Shown: positions 1 to 19,200 of the stretch, piece by piece
Layout of the letters: every line of letters begins with the position of its first letter
How positions within the stretch are numbered: position 1 is the first letter of the stretch
Source of the DNA: Gracilinanus agilis
Taxonomy: Eukaryota
Direction: 5' to 3'
Assembly (NCBI RefSeq): GCF_016433145.1
Contig: NC_058136.1
Coordinates: 73,411,635-73,475,634 of the forward strand
DNA length: 64,000 nt
The notes under the pieces: model-generated
Seen by the model: only the letters and a program-made list of their open reading frames with translations
Databases searched by the model: none
Told to the model about the DNA's origin: nothing
Position numbers and translations under genes: made by a program

Positions 1-65
1 CCTGCCCCCCCCCCCCCCCCGCACCCCGAGGTCACTGCTGAGCTTCCCTCTTCCTCCTGCTTTAG

Positions 66-7458
<7,393 letters not shown>

Positions 7459-8224
7459 AGAGAGGAGCCCGTGCGGGGGGAGACGGTGGAAGCCCCCACC
7501 AAGAGGAAAAGTGACTGAAATGACAGCGCGCCTGAGGGAGGGGGGCCCCTGGCTCGCCATTGGCATAGTGGGGCTTCTGTGGTGTGGGGGTAGGGCCATC
7601 CTATCTTGTCCTGTTTTAAGGATATTTGCGGGGGCGTGGGTCAGGGACAGATGCCCACCTGTGTGTACCATAGCTTACTACGGTAGAGCAGCTGGTGGGC
7701 GGCCGCCCACTTGCGCCACCCCGGCCAGAGCCGGTACAAGTGCTGTCCGCTGTTCTTTTTAATCAACATGAAATGAGGGGATTTCGGTGGGTCTCTTCCT
7801 TCCCTCCCTCCCTCCCTCCTCCCTTCCCCCTTCCCTCCCTTGGTTGAAAACCATCCATTACAAACCATTGTTCCATTTGATGTTTTGCACAGGACAGAAG
7901 CCTCTGTTGCTGTGGGCAGCTGGAGTTGTTTGGGGGAGGGAGCGGGAGGGGTGCGCAAAGATCCCATCCCTTGTGAGGGGCAGCTTCCTTGGAGAAGGGG
8001 CTCTTGGGATTGTTTGGGCTTCCTGTTGCAGTGTTTGTTCGAAGCCACCTTAGGCCCCGGCTCCCTGGGAGATGGCCCTGTGCTGTGGGGTTGGCAGCAC
8101 CTCTCCGAGGCTCACACACACACACGGCTGCTCCTCCCCCCCCCAGCTACTTCTGGGACGGAGGAAACCGTTCGTGCCCATTGTCTTGTGGGGGAGGAGA
8201 AGTTGTAATTTTTATTTACTTTTT

Positions 8225-8239
8225 ATTAAAAAGAATAAA
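8225..8239 (+). terminator. DKC1 polyadenylation signals (ATTAAA 8225-8230, AATAAA 8234-8239)
   Basis: The hexamers lie about 780 nt after the stop codon in an AT-rich patch, followed by T/GT-rich sequence (ttgctttgtttttc). Confidence 0.7.
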
Positions 8240-8690
8240 GTACAAGAATTAGTTTTTAAGGATTCTTGCTTTGTTTTTCAATGCGTGCACATGGCGCCCG
8301 CATGCGTGGAAGCCTGGGCCAGGGTTGCCTTCTGCCTTAGGCAGCTCCTCCGGGCCCAGCGAGTGTGTCTGAGGCCGGGCAGGGGTGCACCCGGGACCCT
8401 GTAAGCGGGATGGGGTGGGGGGATCAGGCCCTTCCGTGCCCAGCACACCCGATTCCAAGCCATTTGCTGAGAAGAACATCACCTGCCCTGAGCCTGCAGC
8501 ACCTCAAGTGGCACCATGGGGAACGCCTGTAACTGACCAGAACAGTCAGGGCCATAGCTTAGGGAGGATGCCTGTGGGCGATGCATGCTGGGATAGCTCA
8601 CTGGTGACCTCCAGTGGGAGGCTTGGTTCATGTTTGTGATGAGGCCTGTCTGGGAGCCACCCAGCACCCCGGGAAGTAAGACTTCCTTTG

Positions 8691-8876
8691 TTTTTTGTTT
8701 TTTAAACCCTTGACTTCTGTGTATTGGTTCCTAGGTGGAAGATTGGTAAGGGTGGGCAATGGTGGTCAAGGGACTTGCCCAGGGTCACTCAGCTGGGAAG
8801 TGTCTGAGGCCGGATTTGAACCTAGGACCTCCTGTCTCTAGGCCTGGCTCAATCCACTGAGCTACCCAGCTGCCCC
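8691..8876 (-). mobile_element. Full-length opossum-type SINE between the DKC1 and MPP1 3' ends
   Basis: Complete tRNA-head/CORE/tail in reverse orientation, with a 10-bp target-site duplication acttcctttg (8681-8690 and 8877-8886). Confidence 0.92.
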
Positions 8877-9830
8877 ACTTCCTTTGGTTTTAAGGAGTCC
8901 CAGTGCCAACACCAAGCTGCTGGCTGCCGAGTATCAGCCAGCAGAGCAGCTTAGGCTTGCTCTGGACACAGACAAGGTGGGTGCTGCTGCCGCCCAGTAG
9001 CTGCCGTGCACCCCCGCAGTGGGGGTGGAGGTCAACGTTCCGTTACGCCAACAGGGCAGAATTGGCCCAGAGTTCTGAGTCAGGGCCCTTCCTCCCTCCT
9101 CAAGGGACCAAAGCAAAGCCGCCCCCTTTTACTGACCCGAAAGGACCCGGGACCCCCAACGAGCCTGGCTTTCAAACTGAGCCACCTCGCCACCCCCTAC
9201 AGCCTCTTAGTGGGCCTGCCTTCCTCCAAACCTGCCCCACGGAGCTTCAGGTTCTCTGGCTTAGGCGTAGGCCTAGGCTTCGAATCAGCCCGAGTGAAAG
9301 GCCTTGGAGGGCCATGTTGGAATGGAGAACCTTGGGTAAAACTGAGGAGGGAGGAGGTGGGCCTCCAGGTCATGGGAAGGGATGGGGCTGCTGCCAAAGG
9401 ATTTCTCCCAAGTCGGGGGTCAGATTGCATCCACATCTGTATGTCTGCTGGCTAGACGGTCAGATGGCAAAGGCAGGAGGGCTTTGAACTCTGGCCAGCC
9501 CTTTGTCAAACTCCCGGAGGCAATAGGGAGCCATGGTGAGACCTGCTGAGAGGCCAGAAGTGAAGTCTCCAGTAAAGCTGGGACCGGGAGAGGTAGAAGG
9601 GGGTCCTTGGGAGCTGAGGGTATGTATAAAGCTGTTAAGAAATGGAGCTCCGGGAGGGCACAGGGAGCCCATGCCAGGGCCAGAAGACAAGAGGGGGAAC
9701 TTGCAGACCGATATGGGGTGGGGCAACTAGGGAGCTCAGTGGCTGGAGACCGGAGGCCCGGGCGCAGGGAGAGGATTTGGGAAAGCATCCACTGAGCCAG
9801 AGCTGGTGTTGGCGTTTGCACAGCGACGTT

Positions 9831-9836
9831 TTTATT
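9831..9836 (-). terminator. MPP1 polyadenylation signal AATAAA
   Basis: tttatt on + at 9831-9836, about 415 nt downstream of the MPP1 stop on the - strand. Confidence 0.65.
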
Positions 9837-10250
9837 GCTACTTAAGGCTTCCCTGCACATGTTTCCTCTCTCCGTTTTTGGCATTTAAAGAGATTGCACG
9901 AGAGTAAGCGTTTGTTTCATTCCACCACACGGAGCCCCTTCCCAGAGGTGGGAGTGAGGGTGCGCGCCTGCGCGGTGGAAAGGGGGCTGAATCAGCTGCA
10001 GCAGCAGGAAGGAGAGGCTTATGCGTGCAGGGTCAGGAGGAGGGACTTGGACCGTGCGGCCCCGGCCTTTTCTCTCAGAGGAGGGAGTCTTTCTTGAGGG
10101 AAAGGTCGGGCTGCACCTTCGCCAAGTCCCAAAGATTGATCCATCTTTGGTGGGTGGGGGCAGGGTGGGGGGAGGCTAAGAAGCAGAAGCAGCAAGCCGG
10201 GACTAGCTGTGAAGAGGGGCAGGCCAATGGAAGCCGAGCTGCGCAGGCGC

Positions 10251-13200
10251 TCAGTAGACCCAGGAGACGGGGACCCACTGGGGGGAACTACATGCCAGCT
10301 CAAAGGCCTCTTGCAGTATCTTGAGGCTCTCGTCGATGCCGTTATTCACCAGCGTGAAATCGAAATAGTGTGCGTATCTGTTGTGGATGGACTCGGAGTC
10401 CTTTTGTAGCTGCTGCAGAGCTTCCGACTGCAAAGAGAAAAGGAAGAACACGTGACACGGTGTCGGCCTCCAAGAGCCCCCGAGCTCCTGCCAAGACCCC
10501 ACTTTGCATCATCTCTTGCTTCTGCTCTGGGAGAGCCCTTGGTCCCAGGGGCCCTGACCAGGGAGGCTGGGCAGGCTGGGCTGGCTCTTACACAGGCCAG
10601 TCTCCCTCCCCTCCCTCCCCACCAAGACGGGAACCAATCTCGGTAGTGGGAAGATGGCCAAAGAACTCCAAAGAGGAGAGGCGCGTCTTCTTCCTGTTAC
10701 TTCTGCTGCTTCCCAGCAGCAAAGGGCTGTTGCCCAACCTTCTGGCGGGGAGGACAGATTCCATTCTGAACCAGATTTCTCTGCGGGATTTGTACTCCGG
10801 GCCATCGTGGAGTGGCGTTTGCCACGCCAGCATCGGAACCTTTCTTGGCCTGCAAGTCTGGGATTTCACCCCCCACTGTGACGGGAGTTGGGAGGCGCGA
10901 CTGAGTGAAGTGGCCCAGCCAGCTCCCAGGCCTACAGGAATTCACAAAGGAGCAAACATGGGGCGAAATCCCTTTCCCGCCCAATTTTCTAAGTGATTCT
11001 TCTGGGGCAGCTAAGGTGGCTCAGTGGATAGAATCCCAGGCCTGGAGTTGGGAGGTCCTGGGTTCAAATCCAACCTCAGACACTTCTTGGGGCTTAACCC
11101 CGCTGGCCAAGCCCTTACTGCTCTTCACTTAGTGTAAACTGGGTTTAAGAATATGAGGAGGTGGAAGCGGGGAGCTGAATAAGCATTTATGCATCTGTCC
11201 GTGTATCTAGAGCCCTTCCTGTGTGCTAGAAGGAAATGGCAAAGTTCATCATCGGAAGGGCCTGGTGCGACTTGGTAGCCGTGGAGCTCTTCTTCCACGT
11301 CTCCCATGTGCTCCTCCCAACGGCCCGGGAAGGTGGGCTTATCCTCATTTTAGACATGGAGGCAGACGCTGGGTAACTGGGCCAGGATCCCAAACTAGTA
11401 CTCTGTGGGCTTCGGAATCCTGGGCAAGGCTGTGATAAGGGCGGAGCTCGGAGGCACTAAAGAAGAGTTTCTGGAATCGGCTGCAATATTTGGGCCTCGA
11501 CCGTGCCAGGTGGCACCCCTCCCAGAAGTCCCATCTGAATGGCGTTTGGCTCACACGGAGAGCAGAGCCTCTCCATCAGCGCCTCCAGTTGGCCCGTCCA
11601 ACCTCCCCACCCTTGAAAGAAGGGTCCCCTCCAGATCGCCCAAAGCCAGCTCCTTGGCAGCCCCCGACGCCTCGACCCTGAACACTACGGGCAGGTTTGC
11701 TCTCTGAGGGTCCGGCTCGTGGGGGCAGAGCGGCCATCAGACACCCTCAACCCGAGGCGACGCGGCTGCCACACGGAGGATGCGTTTTCCAGCGGCCCTC
11801 TCCCGAGGTTCCCCCTTTTGGCAGCTGCTTCTCCCTTTGGACCCAGGAGCTGGACGGGAGACGAGGGCCCCTGCACACAGCTGGCAGAGGCTCTGGGCCT
11901 TCCTTTTCTTTCTCTTTCTCTTTCTCTCTGTCTGTCTCTGTCTCTGTCTCTCTCTCGCCACTGAGGCTAGTCCTAACCCCAAAACTAAATCCACAGGCAG
12001 ACCCGAGGGCCAGACGGCTCCCTCTGGCAGTCACTGCCGATTTCCAGAATCCAAGGAAGAGTCGGAGAGGAGGCCCCTGTCCAAGGGGAAGCAGCCCAGA
12101 GAAAGGGAGAGAAGGCAAAGGGCTGGGGGCTGGTTACACGTGTGTGTGTGGGGGGGGGGGGGATGGGAGGGAGCCTGAGAGCCAGGCTCATGGCTTCTCT
12201 TCACTCCCAGGGGTCTATCAAAAAGTACAGTCCATTAGGGGGCAGCTGTTCAGTGGACAGAGAAGCAGGCCCAGAGTCAGGAGGTCCTGGGTTCAAATTT
12301 GACTTCAGCCACTTCCTAGCCGAGTGATCCTGACCCAGTCACTTGGCTCCCAGTGCCTAAGCCCTTATAGCTCTTCCGTCTTAGAACCGATAAACAACCT
12401 CGATTCTGAGAGGGAAGCTGAGGGGTTGTGGTTGTTTTTTCTAGACAGTCGAAGAGTCAACGATCAGTGAGGACGAGGCACTCCCCAGAGCCCAGCGTGT
12501 ACCCCTCGGTGTCCCCATCACCCCTCAATGGCAGCCCACCTGCTGGGCCTTGTTGGTCGGCGCGATGAACACGATGAAGGGGGACAGTTCTGCCGTCCGA
12601 ATGATCTTCAGGGTCTGCAGAGGGAAGAGAACAGAACTGTAGGCTTCCCGGAGGGCAGCAGGGAGGGCTGGGCCTCTGCTAGATGCCGGGAGGTCCTGGA
12701 TCTGAGCCCGGGTCTCGGCTCCCTCGAAGGTTTGCGCTCTTGGCACTACCGTGCCGCCGCCCAGCAAAAGGAGCCCTCGGGACCTGTAGGCCCTCGCCTC
12801 CTGTCCTAGTATTGGCTCCAAGGCAGAAGAGCGCTAAGGGCTAGGCAATGGGGATCAAGTGACTTGGCCAGGGTCACCCAGCTGGGAAGTGTCTGAGGCC
12901 AGATTTGAACCCAGGACCTCCCGTCTCTAGGCCTGGCTCTCTATCCGCTGAGCCACCCGGCTGCCCCCTCCCCCCCATGTCGACTTTCTAAGTGACAGAG
13001 GAGAGGCAGCTAGCGAGGTGGCGCAGTGGATAGAGCACCAGGCCTGCCGTTGGGGGGGTCTGACCGCGGGCACTTCCTAGCTGTGTGACTTGGCCCGGAC
13101 TGCCCAGCCCTTGTTGCTCTTCTGGTAGAACTGATAGCAAAAACAGCAGGAAAGGGGTTACACGCCCAGCTTTCTATGACTGAACAAATCCCGCCCCCAT

Positions 13201-16200
13201 GGCACACTCCCCTGGCAACCCAAGTCTTCCCAGAAACCCAACTCAATCCGCATCCTGGGCAGCTGCAGCTGCTGAAGGCCAGCCGGGCAGCCTCCTTCCC
13301 TCCCACTTTGGCTTTTCATCCTCCTAAAGGCCTCGTTGGCCAGCGCAGGATGGAGCTGTGGCAGGCCCAGGGCGCTTCCTTCTCCCGACTGGCCCTTCCC
13401 TGCTGTCCGCAGGGTGCCTTTCCGCTGTTCTGCCCAGCTGAAGCCCCTGGCAGCAAAGTGCTTGGGCCTAGCCTCAGGGCCCTCACCTGGGGCTCGATGT
13501 CCAGGATGGCCACTTTGTCCTGCTGATGGATCTGGTGCAACGTCTCAAATTTGGTGCCAAACATGTTGCCTTGGTAGCTGCCGAATTCCAAGAACTCGTT
13601 GGCCGAGATGTTCCGGGTCATCTCCTCGGTGGAGATGAAGTGGTAGTCCTTCCCGTTCTCCTCGCTCTTCTTGGGGGGCCGGGTGGTATCTACAGGGAAG
13701 AGAGGGCCCCGGACACCACAGTCGCTCCCCTGCACCAAGGCCCCCACCTCTCTCCCCACTTACTTCAGGCTCCTGTCCAAGCCCCCTCACTCCGGGCCTC
13801 CCCTCACCACCGATTTCTGCCAGACGGCCCAGCGGGAGGCCTTTACCAGCATCATTCTCGCCCTCCTACAAACGGACTTCCCGATTCTCTGGCAGGACTT
13901 TAGGGTTAACAGGGGCTCCCAGAGAGCAGGGATTATTCTGCCTTGAGAGACGGCAAGGGGGAATTTGGGCCTACGGGGTCCACCGGAGAGGAAACTCCTC
14001 CCACCAGTACAAATGGACAAGCTTTGACTTTGGGTGCCCAGAGAAGGGCCCAGGCAATGAGGGCTCGAGCCACAGGTCTGGAGTCTTGTGGGTGGTACGT
14101 ATCAGAGGCAAGACCCAGACTTTCCCAACTCCCAGGCTCTCTCTAAGACTTGTGCAATGAATGCTTGTCACACGAAGGAATGCCCGAGACCCGTGATGGC
14201 GAACCTATGGCATGTGTGCCATAGACGGCACACAGAGATCTCTCTGTGGGCATGTGCGGGCCCCTGGCTTAGCCGGCTGGGAGGCAGGTCCTAGCCCCAA
14301 ACGCGGGGGGTGGGGCACTCTAGTCTCCCTCCCTCATCGCAGCAAGGCTGGGTCCTGGTTTGGCCAGCCAGCAGCCCAGCCCTATCCCCAAATGTGGGCG
14401 GGGGGAAGGGGGAGGGAGCAGTCAAGCCTCCCCCCACCATAGCTGCAGTGGAGCTTGGCAGGGCCAGTGGCCTGGCACCACCCCTGAATGCAGGGTGGGG
14501 GGCGCAGCACTGTACATAGTCAGGGGGCAGGGCATGGCACACAGTCTGGGGGGTGGGGTGGGCATGGCCCGGGGTCCCTAAAAAGTTCTAAAAGATTTGC
14601 CATCACTGACCGTCCTAGACAATAAGCTTTTCAAAGGAAGGGGAGGTGTTCTGTTGACTTTTTCTCAGTTTCTCCAGAGCAGTGTACCTACTAGGGAACA
14701 TCTAAAGGGGAACCGTGGTCAGGGGGCTGCTGGGCTCCTCTTACCCCCCCACCCCACCCCCGTTCTCCCTAGCTACGGAAGTTGTGGCCGTAATCACGGT
14801 CCTAGCCAAGTGACGCTTCGGAAAACGAGCTGATGGCATCCCAGCCGTCTGCCATTGGCCCTCGACACTGGAAAGCCCAGGCTGGGAGGGGGCAAAAGTC
14901 AGTGGCATCCCCACCAGCTGGGTAGAGTAGGGCCCCTGGCCAGCAAAACCAGCGGGGTCACCGACCGAACGGCTGGCCGTGGAATCAGAGGCCAAGGCCA
15001 GAGATGTGAGTACACCAAGACTAGGGGCAACGTGGGACGGGCCTCCCAGTTTGGGCCAGAGCCAACTCCAGAGCCAGGTGGGGTGAGCAGGTCCACAAGC
15101 AGGGGCAAGGCCGGGGGGCCCACTCTGGCAGGCTATTGCTACAGGTCGCCCAGAGGTTTCTTAGGCCTTCGGTGCTCCCCACTCCCACTCTGCGGCTGAA
15201 TCCATTTCCAGGCTGGAGCTTCTCCCAAGGGCCACTCACATGGAGCTGGGTACACAAACTTCTCCGGGTTCTTGCTGACCAGGGCATTCTTGATATGGCT
15301 GCGGCCCACTCCACTGGCTCCTGTTCGGGGAGAGAGGAGAAAGGCACTAGGTGTGACTCAGCAGCACTCTGGCTGAGGGGACAGAAGGGCCCGGGGTGCT
15401 GCAGTTCCTGGCAGCTGGTGGAGGGGAGAGGAGAGCATGATGGGAAGGCCAGGGGGGCCTGATGCTAGGCAAGCTGGGAGGGAGAGAGAAGGGCCTCCTT
15501 CCTTGAGCCTCCTCCCTACAAAGGCTCAAGCATGTACAAGTGTGCTAACAGGAACCTTCGACAGAAGCATCGAGCTTCACATTCAACGTACACTGGCCTC
15601 TCTGGCTGTCTCCCTCCCTCCACCAGTTCTCTTTCTTTTTCTCCTCTATCTCTGTGTCTCTGTCTTATGAGATCAAAGATCTCCTGTTCAGGTGCCAAAG
15701 CATCAAGAACGTGTGATGGAAGCCTCTGCATTTCTTCTTGGAGAATGTGAGCTGAAATTTCGCCAGGCCTTCGAGCCGTCCGGCCTGTCCCTGGTGCCTG
15801 GGGCCCTCTCCGTCCTCACCTCCCTGGACATCTCTTTTTGCCTTTGTGAATACTTCAGGCCTGCAGCTCCAGTAAGTTGACTGGAAGCCCCTAGAAGCCA
15901 AGGACTGTTCCATTTTGGTCTCTGTAACCCCAGCGTCCACCCCAGTGCCTGGCCTTCCCCCTTGGCTTGCCACCAACCAGCCACAGACCAGGACAGACGC
16001 CAAGTTTCTGGAACCCAGCAGAAGGCTGCTGCCCACCCTCCATCTCCATGTACACCCTTCTAATGGCTCCGAGCTCTTCTAGTGAACCTCTGTGGCCTTG
16101 GAGCCCTCTTTCTAGGGTGATCTGAGTGATCTGAGCACTGGCATGCTCCTCCAATGAGTGCGGGAACTTGTCTGCTCGCAGCAGGGCATGCCGGGGCTAC

Positions 16201-19200
16201 TACTGCCTAAGGGAGGCGGTGGGCCTCTTCACGCACCTATCAGCACCAGGGTCTTCCTCTTGAATGCAGGGAGCTGCACGACTTCTTCATAGGAAACAAC
16301 GTCCAACTGATCGAAAACTGGAAGCCAAAAAAGAGAAATAAAAAAAGGGTCAAGACCGATGTTTGGCAGCCCAGATGGGACCATGGACACGTCATCACTC
16401 CGAGTGTTGCGGAGCAGGTCTCAAACTTCCTTCCTCGTCCCTTTCTTTTGTCTTCTTCTGGTCTATTGCCAGGAGGGGCCTCGAGGATCATCTAACCCAA
16501 CTTCTTCATTTTACAGATGAAGAAACTGAGGTGCGGGGATGGGAGGTGACTTGCCCAAGGTCACACGAGGAGTAAGCAATACAGGAAGAATTTGGACCCA
16601 AGTCCTCTGACTCCAGAGCCAATGCTCTTTCCACTGATGTGGAAACCTTCTGGAAGAAGTATTTGAGTATCCTAATGAGTTTTGAAATTAGCCTAGAGGC
16701 CATGGTTTGAGTACATTTATGTACATGAAAGAGTCAGGGCTGGAAGGGACCTGGGAAGCCACGTGGTCCATTTTACAAGTGGAGAAAGCAAGGCCCAGAG
16801 AAGAGGACAAACTTTTCCCAAGGTCAGTTGACTACTAAAGGGCAGGAGGTCATTTCTGAATGATACGTGCTCACAGAACAACTGGCCCGAGGAATTTGCC
16901 CCCCACCCCACCCAGCAAACTGAGAAAGGTGACAAAGAAATAGAAAGAGCCGATGCTGGCGGGCCATGAGAAGACGCACACAAACGCATTGCTGTGACGT
17001 GGCCGAGCCTTCCGAAGAGCAATTTGGAATGACGCAGAGGAAGGGACAGAAATGTTCACAGCCCTTTGATCCAGAGACCCCACTGCTACACACATACTCT
17101 GGCCTGAGGACAGGGGAAGGAGTCCCATCTACACCAAAATGTTCCCAGGGTCACTTTCTGTGAGAGCCGAGAACTGGCGACCATGTTGGGGACGACCCAA
17201 CTATGGTATGTGAGTGTGCTGGGATAACCCGAGCGGGATGTCACTGGAAAGGAGGAACATGCAGACGTGTGACTACCGAGCTTCCAAGAAGATATACGCA
17301 GTGACTGCGACAACGAACACTTCAAGAAAAGATCGACTTAAATACCGTTTAGCGACCAGGCTTCGTTTGGGCCTCGGGAACAAGGAGAAGATGCCGCCCC
17401 TCCCACCGCGTCTATCCCACTTTGCGAAGGTGGCACAGCCCAGAGGCCATCAGACCATTTGCTGTTTAAGTGACCTGCCCAGGGTCACACAGTTAGTCTA
17501 AGTGTCTGAGGTCAGATCTGAACTCTGGAAGCTGAGTCTTCCTGAGTGCAGGCCCAGAACAGACCAGGGAGGCAGTTTTGGCAATTCGTCCTCTAAAGTC
17601 AGTAAGCACGGAAGAGGTCCGGCCGTCTTGACTAGCTGAAGGGTCGCCCTGCCTGGGGACGAGGGCCCAGAATCCATGTTCTCGGAGTTCTCCTGTATAA
17701 AACCACGCCTCTTCCTGGTGCTCTGTCTCCTTAGGAACTGTCCTGCTCGTTAGCAGTTGCCTATCCTCGGGCCTCACTTGCCCCACCTGTAAAACTGCCT
17801 GGGTGGCTAACAGCTAACCAAAGCCAGAGGTGGCAAAGGTCTAGGAGGGAACGGGTGAGAGCGTCCTTGCTGCAAAGCCCTGCGATTGGTCTGTGGAGAA
17901 GGCCTCTCACTGCTGGCTTCGAGTACAGACCCGCTCAGGAAAAAACAGTTGTCAGTGCCTTTGGTCTTCTAGAAAGCTCCTTTCCCAAGTGCCTCAGGGG
18001 ACACCCCCCCCCCGCCCCCATGAGGAGCGTCTCTCCCGCCTTTTTCAAAAAAGGCCCAAGTCCAAGTGGCTTTTCAGGAAGGCTGGACTAATGGTGGTGT
18101 TTGATGCTAGGAGGAACCCCAGCCTTGCTGGGATCTGCATTCCTGGCTGGCGGCGAGGCCGCTTTGGGGCGCCTTCTTTTACGTGCCCATTCCCAGGGGG
18201 GCAATTAGCCTTTCATCTTGGTCTCAGCCAGCCGTGGCAAACCCCCACAAATCGTGGGCAGTAGACTTTTCATAAGGAAGTTTCTTAGGGACAGCCAGAG
18301 ACAGGAGGTTCCCCCGCCTTGCCTAGCCCTGACCGCTCTTCTGCCTGGGAACCAATACCCTAACCCTAGTTACTCCCAAGGTTCCAATTTCACGGAATCC
18401 AAAGGTAGGCTCTCGTGCCTAGGCTGCTGTCCTGGAGCCAGGAAGACCCGGGTTCAAAGTGGACTTTAGCCCGGATGTGGGGGTGACAAGGTTAGGGACC
18501 GGGGAACGAGCTGTGTTCTAAGCAAATACAGCAACAGAGCCACTCTAGACGAGCTGGTTAATGTGCTGGGGGGGGGGGGCGTCTCGGCAAGGCTTTTCAG
18601 CTCCGCTAGTCACTAAGGAAGGGGCCACTGCTTTGGGCCACCCTTGCGCTTCGTTTTCCCCAGCATTCACTCTGTTTGCCCGGTGGGAGGAGCCAACAGA
18701 AACGTCGGCGAGATGCTCATGAGCTGGAGCAACTGGAGACGGGCAGATCTGGCTCTGAGGAAGGCAGTGACTGGCAGTCTCCTACTTTGCCAAGAGGACT
18801 CAAGTCCCTCTGCCCTTCTCCCCCATTTCATTTCCTCTAAGACCTCGGCCCACCATTCCCTCCCTCTCACCTGCAATTGCTCCCTCCTCTATTGGCATCT
18901 TTCGCACTGGCTACACACAACTCGAGGCCAGTGCCCTGTGCCCCGTGGCACTGCTGAAAAGATTTCCTGTGGTTTGCCTGGCATGGATAGTGATCTACAA
19001 GCCCCCTACAGCCTACTTTTTCTGGGCATTTCCCTGACTGGCCAGCTAGTTCTTTTATTCATGGGAATAACTGTCAAGCTCCTTTGCCCCGGCTCAGAAT
19101 ACAGTGCTCAGGTGCCGCCTCTTCCCTGAAGCCTTCCCGCCTCCCAACTGCTATTGCTCTCCCCTTCGTCCAAGTGCTTCCTCTTCACTCGGTATGGCCT

